The translations under genes and the position numbers were made by a program. Positions 54,545 through 64,000 of a stretch of DNA of 64,000 nucleotides are shown here, one piece after another. The notes below the pieces were generated by a model that was not told the DNA's origin, made no database searches, and worked only from the letters and a program-made list of their open reading frames with translations. Source of the DNA: Octopus sinensis (Eukaryota); contig NC_043011.1 of the NCBI RefSeq assembly GCF_006345805.1, forward strand, positions 55,006,464 to 55,070,463, written 5' to 3'. How positions within the stretch are numbered: position 1 is the stretch's first letter; each line of letters starts with the position of its first letter.

Positions 54545-54895
54545 ATATTATGAGGTTTGGTGATAAAAGCCTCCTCAAATGTCAAGAACCATAATGTAGA
54601 GTAGCACTTTCCTGCAAGTTGATATTGTGTGTCGTACTTCCAGTATCTTTCAACCTCACATTATAATTTGGGCATTGTGCCAAGTGCATCAATTACCACA
54701 GGAACCATCTTCATCCTTGTGTTCTGTTCTATCCTTCTGGCAAGGTTCTAATTTTCATCCTTCTGGTTGGGTCCTACTTTTCTCAGTTTCCTTGATATTC
54801 ATGCTGCTCTTGAAAGTGATTGCAAAGTCAATAATCTTACGCTGCTTCTTCTTTCTGTCTTCTACAATCATTAATGCTATCCTCGCTTCACCAAT
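54545..54895 (-). mobile_element. R4/Dong-type restriction-like endonuclease fragment next to (ATT)n
   Basis: Degenerate KIIDFAI...NIKETEK on the minus strand. Confidence 0.45.
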
Positions 54896-54984
54896 ATATT
54901 ATTATTATTATTATTTTTTTATTGTTGTTATTATTATTGTTATTGTTATTGTTATTATTATTGTAATTATTATTATTATTATTA

Positions 54985-55185
54985 TAGTGAGCTGGCAGAA
55001 TCATCAGCATGCCAGACCAAACCTTTGTCTGTCTTTATGTTCTAAGTTAAAATGCCACTGGGATTGACTTTGCCTTTCATCCCTTTGGAGTTGATAAAAT
55101 AAGTACCAGTTGAGTACTGGCATTGATGTAATTGACTGTACTCCTCACCTAAAATGTCAGGCCTTGTGCCTAGAGTAGAAAGCAT
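54985..55185 (+). mobile_element. SINE family A just upstream of the tropomodulin exon
   Basis: GAGCTGGCAGAATC head, GACTTTGCCTTTCATCCC core. Confidence 0.75.
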
Positions 55186-55228
55186 TATTACGATTGTTGT
55201 TGTCATTATTATTGCTTTTCTGTTTCAG

Positions 55229-55378
55229 GTTGCAGCAACAAAAGCAGCCGACATGTATAATTCTCTTGCTTCAAAGGATGACAAGGATGAAGACTTTGAC
55301 TGGGATCGGTTAGATGAACTTCTCAAGACACTTAGTGCAGATGAAGTTGAGGAGCTTAATGGAGATTTTGATCCAGAT
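55229..55378 (+). CDS. Tmod: Tropomodulin N-terminal coding exon (tropomyosin-binding helix); other exons not identified in the window
   Basis: TTTTCTGTTTCAG| acceptor, |GTAAGT donor, 150 nt, phase 0/0. VAATKAADMYNSLASKDDKDEDFDWDRLDELLKTLSADEVEELNGDFDPD resembles the tropomodulin/UNC-94 motif L-S-x-x-E-[LV]-E-x-L-N-x-D-F-D-P-D. In-frame ATG at 55253. Confidence 0.85.
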
Positions 55379-55982
55379 GTAAGTATTTTTCTCTTCTACT
55401 TTCGCTTTTCACCAAATATTCAAAATTGCTAACTGATTCTTGCCAAAATTTTACAACACTTTATTCCTTTTGTATTTATTCACATTACTTTCTGTTTCCT
55501 TTTGAGAAGAAGAACGGCTGTAGTTGTTACCTATTCAACCTTTCATAGAGGGGAGATAGGTTTACTATGATTAATATTTGGTTAGATTTTTTTTTGGTAA
55601 TTAGTCGGGCTGGAGGGAAAGCAAAGGAAGAAAAGAATTGAGTAAATGAGTTCTGAAAAAGTTAGAATTGTATGAGACATGCAGAATCTTTACAGTTGAA
55701 TTGGGTGGGTTTAGATAGGGTTTGGATGTATATATTCAACATTTTTAAAGGAATGAAGATCTTTATATTAAGTGGGAAAGATTGGAAGGTTGCAACTGAT
55801 CAGTTGGTGTTTGTGAATAACTTTTTGGAAGCATAACCAGTTTTTTTATGTGTTATGGAATTACCATCTTAGATTTAAATATGCTTTAGTGTTCTTGTTT
55901 CTTGGCCTCAAGACATTCCTGACTGCGCAGATCCTTGAGCAAAACTGTTCCAGCTGTAACTTCATGTCTGTTTATCAGGAAT

Positions 55983-56300
55983 TCATCATCATCATCGTTT
56001 AACGTCCGTTTTCCATGCTAGCATGGGTTGGACGGTTTGACCGGGGTCTGGGAAGCCAGGAGGCTGCGCCAGGCTCCAGTCTGATCTGGCAGTGTTTCTA
56101 CAGCTGGATGCTCTTCCTAATGCCAACTACTCCGTGAGTGTAATGAGTGCTTTTTACGTGCCACTGGCTCAGGGGCCATTGGAGGCTGACAAACGGCCAT
56201 GATTGGTTGGTGCTTTTTACGTGTCACCGACACGGACGCCAGTCAGGCGGCGCTGGCATCAGCCAAGTTCAGATGGTGCTTTACACGTGCCACTGGCATG
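55983..56300 (-). mobile_element. RTE 3' UTR fragment
   Basis: (CAT)n-CGTTTAACGTCCG tail and unit array. Confidence 0.8.
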
Positions 56301-56944
56301 GGTATCATAACTACAATTTCCATTTGATTTTTATTTTGATGTTGGTGAATTACATAATCAAATGTATCCCTCTCCACTTAAATTAGCTAGGGTGTAAATT
56401 GACATTTGATTCTTGCTAAAGATAAGAATCAAATACAATTTCTGCTTAAAGGCTCTCATTTATTCATCCAAAACTAGAATAGGGTATATTCATACTTTCA
56501 ACAACTACTTAGACTTGAAATAATTTTTAGTTTTGAAGAGAAAGCCTGCATCACAAAAATATTTTGTGCTGCAGGCTTGGCAACATAGAAAATGTGTGTT
56601 TGCTATAAAATGTAGAATTGTAAGATGTAAATTTAGCAGCAAGATGACTGCAGTGTTGTTGGTTTGTTTTCTTTTCTTGAGATGATAATACCTGTATTGC
56701 TTTGCTATTGAGTCTAAACTGGTGGATCCCCATAACAGAATGGTTCAAGGTCTTTGATTGTATATGTGTATGAACAAATTGTGTGTGTGTGGAAGATGAA
56801 GGTGGAATGTAGCATAGTGTCATCAGTCTGTGTGTGTGTATGGCAAGAGGTGGCAAGGAGTTGTTTACAAACAAGTAACAGAATGCACCTAAGGTAGATG
56901 TATCAAGTATTAGGCAGAACTTCATTTACAGATGCTTACTATTA

Positions 56945-57210
56945 TCAACATCATCGTTTAATGTCCGCTTTCCATGCTAGTATGGGTTGGATGGTTCAAT
57001 CAGGGTCTGGCAAGCCAGAAGGCTGCACCAGGCTCCAGTCTGATCTGGCAGTGTTTCTACAGCTGGATGCCCTTCTTAACACCAACCACTCTGTGAGTGT
57101 AGTGGGTGCTTTTTATGTGCCAGGCGAGGCTGGCAACAGCCATGATCGGTTGGTGGTTTTTATGTGCCACCGGCACAGAGGCCAGTTGAGGCGGTGCTGG
57201 CAATGGCCAC
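56945..57210 (-). mobile_element. RTE 3' UTR fragment
   Basis: Same tail and units. Confidence 0.75.
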
Positions 57211-58139
57211 AGGTTTTGCAGTGGATCTTAACTGGTAGTGTTGAGAAGGGAAAGAGATTGAAGGAGGTAAAATGAGATTATTGTTTGTAATTGTCTCTTG
57301 TCATTGAATATATTTTTATGGTGAGATTGCTCAGTTGGCAGTTAGTTGGTCAGGGAAGTTAACTTTTATTCTTAGTTCTATGTTTCCATAGAACTAAGAC
57401 CTTAATTCTATGTTTCCATGTCTCAAGGATCAGTAATTGTTAAAAACATTTGATGAGGTCAGAGACTACTTTAGAAATCTAGCATTACTTTTTAGTTACA
57501 GTTAGAACTCTAGTAACCAAAATAATGTTGCTAGATTTGTAGGCTGTTTGAAAGGAATTTTGAGAAAAATTGGTTAAAACTTGGGATTCTAGCTGAAGGT
57601 TTAAGTGAAGAGAGAGGTTTGGAAGAAAATGGAGACTAAATGTGACAGCTTTGTCTACAAGACTACTTATTACAGATAGAAGAGTCTTATCTTAAAGAAG
57701 TTTTCTTTGGCAAGTTGCCTCATAGCACTCAAACTCTACTTTCAACAGTGAAATTAGCAGATTTTGGAATTATCTACAGAGTCTGTCAATGCCTTACCAT
57801 CCATTTCTTCAGAATTACAGAAGATGAAAGAAATTTGCTGTAGAGAGTTACGACATAAAATTTATACTAGCTAATTTTCATACTAAACTACTAGAGTTTT
57901 ACTCAACAATTCAAATAATTCTTGTTGATTTAAGTAATAGACATGGCATAAAAATAGCCAAAATCTCAAAGGAGTGAGTGTTGTGGAAATGAGTGACAAC
58001 CAACAAACACTCGTATGAGTGTCGTGGAGTCTAGTGACCACCAATGATCACTGATTAATTTCCCAAAAGTCAAGGTTTTTATAACTGCTCATACCTGAAT
58101 TCTAAGAGTCGTATTTCGTGAAAGATTTCTCTTTGACAA

Positions 58140-59605
58140 AAGTTTAGAATACAAATATGGGCAGTAATTTTAACGATTGGGAAACTAACAATTATACCTA
58201 TTCGGGCAACCTGACCATTATGTCATATTACCATCGTTTATGACTTGCTTGCTACTGTTGCATTGGGTTACTGATTTGGCATCCTGATACGTATATAGAA
58301 CTCTCAAAGGAAGTCTCATGCGACCACATGGAAATTATAAGATGAGAGATGAACGAGATGGAGAACGCTACTAGAAATACTACAGCAGGGTTCTTGAAAA
58401 GTGAGCTGTGTTTCTTGAAGTTACAAACATTCAACATTTGTCCTATAAGAGTAAAACACAACACTTGGCAACGAGGATGAGATTAAATGTCACTCAGATA
58501 GGTCCAACAACCTTTAGATCTGAACCATCAAAAGTGGGTAATCTATTGTGGCATGATTCGATTGAGATACTTAACTGTGAAGCAAATGATAACAACACTC
58601 TGTATCCACTTTCATATCTATGCTTCTGTTATTTATAAAGCACTTGCAAAGACCTGTGTTATCTGCACTCTAATTGTTGTTCGTGTTTAGCAACAAACTG
58701 TCGACAGATACAGTCTCGCTTGAAGATACATTTATGTTGTCGACATGACGATTGTTTTTAGATCGGCAAAATCTTGCCAAATGCCCTAATTTTCCATAAA
58801 AAATTTTTTTTTCTCCTATGCTGGACATGTGCAAGCTTTGTGTGTACACCCATAATTTCAACATTTCATTACAAAGTCATGACTGCTACTGAGAGTATTC
58901 TTATTGACATTAAAGATTCTTATTGTTTGTCGATTCCTTGCAAACAGTTTCTGATTCTGTGGCGGATGCAAGAGCAGCTATTTCAGTGTTTTTCATTTTA
59001 GAATGACACCATAACTGATCCAAAATTTTTCACTTTATCTGTTTCTATATTATCCTCAAGGGGTTAAACACAGAGGGGACAAACAAGGACAGGCAAATGG
59101 ATTAAGTCGATTACATTGACCCCAGTGCATAACTGGTACTTAATTTATCGACCCCAAAAGGATGAAATGCAAAGTCGACCTCGGCGGAATTTGAACTCAG
59201 AACATTATGGCAGATGAAATACGGCTACGCATTTCGCCCGGCGTGCTAAAGTTTCTGCCAGCTCGCCGCCTTCCAAAACTTTTAACTTTTTCTCTGCTGA
59301 CAACAATCCATGATGAAAATGAGTTTCATAATTTCTTCCGGATTCTCTTTCAACCTATTCAAATGGCAAAAGGAAGCCTTGAGAACTAATCCCAAGAAGG
59401 AAGTTGTTGATTGACCCATTTTCTTGTTGCTTCAGTTTCAATAATTTTAATCTCTCCGCAATTAAGTTTCTCCTTCAGTTTTATTAATTGTTGCGATGCA
59501 TCCATTATTTGTTGGTTTGTTATTCTGAAGAATTACCAGGAAAACAACATTTTTTAACTTCATTATGGCTTCAGCTCCACAGGTAGAAAGAAATGTTGGC
59601 TTCTT
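58140..59605 (-). mobile_element. Degenerate Ty3/Gypsy gag-protease fragment, interrupted by a SINE
   Basis: TFLSTCGAEA and IAERLKLLKLKQQENGSI (gag), GKLGHLARFC (knuckle, ~58766-58800), INNRSIDMKVDT (~58601-58635) and TFDGSDLKVVG (protease). Confidence 0.65.
59050..59290 (-). mobile_element. SINE family A, near full length, CpG-retaining
   Basis: Reverse complement of the family A consensus. Confidence 0.85.
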
Positions 59606-60554
59606 TTTGACATTTGAATAGGTTGAAAGAAAATCCAGAAGAAGAAATCATGAAACCCATTTTCATTGTGGGATTATCATCAGCTTTATTATATCTTCTC
59701 GCTGTTCCTCTCTGATCCCTGCTCTATATCTGCACATCCTTTCTCAGGCAGCTTGCAATTGTGTTTCTCATGAATCCAGAGTTTAAGCTAAATTAACCTT
59801 TATAAACAAATATCAATTTCTTTTAATGAGCAGAAAATAAATAATTGCATTTCTGCGTATGTGATGGTCACTATATAAAAAAAAAAAGTTCAATAAAAAA
59901 AAACTTTTCACTATCAACACACCACCACAACCACCACCGCTACTTGCCTCTCTCTCTCTCTCTCTCCCCTGTCCATCTCTCTCTATCTATCTTTCCCTTC
60001 AGCTAACTTTTTAACCATGTTAATAAGTACTGCTTCCCCCACCCTACTGCATCTCCTTAACACTTCTCTCTCTCCTCTTTTTCTCTAGTTCTTCACCTCC
60101 ACCTTCAGCCGGTCATGTGGCCATTTGGCCCAAGTGTTTTAATATTATCACCTTTTTCAACTTCTTCCCCTCTTCTTCACTCGTCCTCTCTCTCTCACTC
60201 CACCTCCACAACTAACTAATGTATAATGGGCGAATGAACAAGCAGATTATTATATAGACAAGCAGGACTCATTAATATTTCATGGAATTGATGGTAAACC
60301 TATTGGGTTATTAATCCAAAACATCTGAGAGCGTAGCCTGTGTTGTGTCTGTATGGGAAGAGAGTTGTTCATCTGCTGCTCATTGAAAAGCAAAAGAAAT
60401 TGGAATACTTAATGCACTTTATATGTACACTTTATCTACTTTGTGCACAATTTTATAGACTTAATACACAGCACGCATAAAATAAATATTCACTCTTATT
60501 TTTCCATCTTTTCCATAAGCGAAAAAAAATATATCCTGTATATTTTTTTTTTTG

Positions 60555-60790
60555 CACGTAAAAGACACCATTTGAGCGTGGCCGTTGCCAGTACTGCTTG
60601 ACTGGCCCTTGTGCCGGTGGTACGTAAAAGCACCCACTACACTCTCAGAGTGGTTGATATTAGGAAGGGCATCTAGCTGTAGAAACTCTGCCAGATCAAG
60701 ATTGGAGCCTGGTGCAGCCATCTGGTTTGCCAGTCCTCAGTCAAATCGTCCAACCCATGCTGGCATGGAAAGTAGATGGTAAATGATGAT
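60555..60790 (+). mobile_element. RTE 3' UTR fragment
   Basis: Unit array and tail. Confidence 0.75.
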
Positions 60791-61689
60791 ACACTAGTGT
60801 AGCTAGAGCGCCCCACCCCAGCTGCGCTAGTGTGTAGATATGATACAACTCTTAGGTAGATTGCATATATCTGCCATGTAAATAAGCATGAATATCTCAC
60901 AGAATTGCACTTATGTGCATGCATTTAGTGATAGGTGATCTAAAAAACTTAGTTCAATTAAAAAGAAATACACTTTTTACTATCCAATCACCTCCTTCTC
61001 CACCACCACCACCACCATCATCTCTCTCCCCTCTCTCTGCCTTTCTTTAACCTCACCATCAGAACATCACCCCTCTGCTAAAATTATATTTTTATCTTGC
61101 CTTCAACTAATTTTTTTGACCATGTAATAAATATTACGTTACCCCTACCTCGTGTCATAGACGCTTCTCTCTCCCTCTTTCTGTTTCACTCTTCACCTTA
61201 TCCTCTTTTTTCTCTCTGCTCTCTTTCCCTTCAACTAATCAGATGAAAATATTACAATTACATTCCTTCTACATGATGACATGGACTCTTCTCTCTCCCT
61301 TTTTTTGCCCTTCCTCTTTTTCTCCTTCTCCCTCTGTTTCTCTAATCACATAAAAGAGTTACAAACAGGTTAAGTAACACAATGACAAGTAGAATTATTG
61401 AAAGATTTTTAAATGACTCTGAGGCTTTCATTTCTCTGCCGCTATCTCTTCACTCCTTCACTGTTAAGAGAGTTTGAAAAAAAAGAAATTTGACTGCATA
61501 TAATTCCTAAATGTTTTAAATGAGCATAGACCAACTAATTTCATGATCCCAAGTTATGTTGTCCTAAGGAGCTCATAACAATGGTGAAATAGCATCATTT
61601 ACAACTACTAGAACACATTAAATAAAAAAAAGGGTATTCTGTGGAAATATTATTTCAAATGTTCTCTCACTCATTAGAAAAAGACCTCA

Positions 61690-61920
61690 GCACCATCCAA
61701 TCATGGCAGTTTGCCAGCCTCGTCTGGCACCTGTGCCGGTAGCATGTAAAAAGCACTCACTACACTCACGGAGTGGTTGGCGTTAGGAAGGGCATCCAGC
61801 TGTAGAAACACTGCCATATCAGACTGGGCCTGGTGCAGCCTTCTGGCTTCCCAGACCCCATTTGAACCGTCCAACCCATGCTAGCATGGAAAGTGGACGT
61901 TAAACAATGATGATGATGAT
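61690..61920 (+). mobile_element. RTE 3' UTR fragment
   Basis: Tail ending AAACAATGATGATG. Confidence 0.75.
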
Positions 61921-61981
61921 AAATCTTAAAGCAGTTATCTCCCCTTAAGGGAAATTTTAACCCTCTCTTATATTTCTTAGT

Positions 61982-62025
<44 letters not shown>

Positions 62026-62099
62026 CCTCCCTCTTCTCTCTCACACTAAAAGCAACTGTAGGTGGCAGCACCAATGGTCTGCGGTCAAAATAGCATTTC

Positions 62100-62147
<48 letters not shown>

Positions 62148-62756
62148 TTATAGCAAGAAATAATATTTGTCTCTTTTTATAGAAACAAAAGGGTTTATAG
62201 GACTGCAAAAGAAGTGCTCAAATGTAAATGAGATGAAGATGAAGAAGCATTGGTTATAGAGCAAACATTAAATTTGGGTCAATGACTTTACATACAACAC
62301 CACCCCTCAAACATGTAATCATATATAAAAATCACCATGGTCTACAAACACAAAAAAAATAACACATATACATAAAATCACAGAAGGTAAAAGTATATAA
62401 TCGAATAAAAATACAAATAGAATGGCCTTTCAAAAATTTAAATATACAGAACTAAAAATTCATAAACTACCAAAAAAACCTAATAGATAAATATATAAAG
62501 ATAAAAATTAAATTAAAAATAAATGCCCACCGACTAAAGTTTTATCAGACAATTAAAATATTGAAAAAAAAAATTTTTTTTTTAATATTTGAAAAAAGTC
62601 TTATACTTCCCTCACACAAGTATGTACAAAGTTCATAAGTAAACACTTTCACAGGTCAAATTTACATACATCTTGAAAAAAGTCTTTTACTCCCCTCACA
62701 CAAGCACATCCAAATGTTCATAATAAACTCCACAGGTCAAATTCAACATTTACATA

Positions 62757-62840
62757 TATCTATGGCCATTTCAGGAGCTCTCACCACTGCAGTTTATTTA
62801 CAATAAAGTGCATGACAGCGATGACCCCCTCATCAGGATA
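62757..62840 (-). ncRNA. Type-I hammerhead ribozyme (AUA site) at the 3' end of a Penelope-like element
   Basis: TATC-CTGATGA-GGGGGT...GCTCCT-GAA-ATGGCCAT-A-GATA; wobble-rich stem II with a long loop. Confidence 0.6.
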
Positions 62841-63400
62841 AACAGGAAATAAGAAGCACGCACACATAAAACTTTTTTATACTTTAAAAGAAAATCCCAT
62901 TAACGAACCAGTCCAAATTTTCTGTAAAAATTTTTTCCGACCAACTGTGACATGGTCAGGTGGTAGACCAGCCATCTTGTTTTTAAATCTCGTGTTAGGT
63001 ATATATGAGATTTTAGTTCTGAAATCGCTTAATTTTAGAGTGCTGTTGTACACTAGCACATGTTGATCGAAAATCTCTTCATTTGCAGATAAATTAGAGA
63101 TTCTGATCGAAATAGTGGTAACGATGCTATCTCTAGTGGATTTTGGGTGATTGAACGATACATTGATATATGAAATGGATTTGTTTGGCTTATGAAATGG
63201 GTAGTATAAACCCGTGCATCATCCTTATACAGTTACCCAGTGAGGAGAGGAAAACTATCCTTAATCTGTGAAAGGAGGTATAGGCCCACTAAGTCAGTCA
63301 CCTGTGCAGAATCAGATGACCCCATGGTTATGTCTATAGCGAAGTTTCATAGACATAGAAAGAAGAACAAGTCATCAATGCAGCCTATGTGGTTATAAAC
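62757..63400 (-). mobile_element. Internally deleted Penelope-like retroelement (RT remnants plus hammerhead)
   Basis: DITMGSSDSAQVTDLVGLYLL...LYKDDA and KPNKSISYINVSFNHP...RISNLSANEEIF...YNSTLK match PLE RT and thumb motifs; no room for GIY-YIG before the ribozyme. Confidence 0.75.
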
Positions 63401-63619
63401 AGGTGATCTGGAAGCATTGACCAGACATATTCTCAAACCATGGCAACTCATGGACTCTTCCTCTTCTTTATTGGACAATGCTGACTACTCCATCAACAAT
63501 GTTCACTCTGCTGATATCAGTGCTTGGCCAAGTTACTCATAGAGTTAGGCTAGAAGGGCCAGGCCCCTTATTTTTTTGTTAAGGCTGATGGTAAATTTTC
63601 CTAAGTTACTCCAATCCGA

Positions 63620-63805
63620 ATCCCCAATGCAAATCTTTGAATCAACCTTTTCCAATGCAGATCTCTAATGCAACCTTATCCAATCCAGATCTTTGAGTCA
63701 ACCTTCTTCACTGCAGATCTCCAAAGCAAACCTTCGATGCATCCTTATCCAGTGCAAACCTTCGATGCAACCTTCTCCAATGCTTATCTTTGATGCAACC
63801 TTGAC
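63620..63805. repeat. Degenerate ~28-bp minisatellite
   Basis: Recurring TCCAATGCARATCTYYRATGCAACCTT-like unit. Confidence 0.7.
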
Positions 63806-64000
63806 CGATAGTACCCCTAGGAGGGTTTAGGACTAGATTGGGATTAGTCAGTGCCTTTTAGAGGCTCCCAAGCCTCTAGGTTGGCTTAGGTTAAGGCTTA
63901 GTTGTGATCTGAAAATAACCTCTTCTGACACAGGATTGGGAGCCCTTTTGGGCATTCTATTTTCCTTACCGGAAGGGTTCCCAACCCATGGGCCAAGGGT

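Noticed and set aside
54627-55067. 146-aa hydrophobic plus-strand ORF
   Set aside because: It is the antisense of an R4-type fragment plus (ATT)n and a SINE head.

Overview
AT-rich, microsatellite-rich eukaryotic DNA. The SINE and RTE-tail consensus sequences are ones I recognise from octopus, so a coleoid cephalopod source is inferred. It is almost all intronic or intergenic. Only one host coding exon is recognisable: a 150-nt phase-0/0 tropomodulin N-terminal exon on + (55229-55378). The rest is decayed mobile DNA: four tRNA-derived SINE families, many RTE 3'-UTR fragments, RTE/CR1/R4-Dong LINE fragments, Ty3/Gypsy gag-pro remnants, an LTR-PBS-164 bp-PPT-LTR mini element, mariner/Tc1/hAT/piggyBac-type MITEs and Penelope-like element (PLE) remnants. 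The main hidden signal is RNA structure: at least four unrelated minimal type-I hammerhead ribozyme families with palindromic stem III. One has a non-canonical core (GUGAACA, a C3G/G8C swap) that is present in all four copies or half-copies of its family in the window. Repeat boundaries and identities were judged by eye and are approximate unless a TSD or TIR is quoted.
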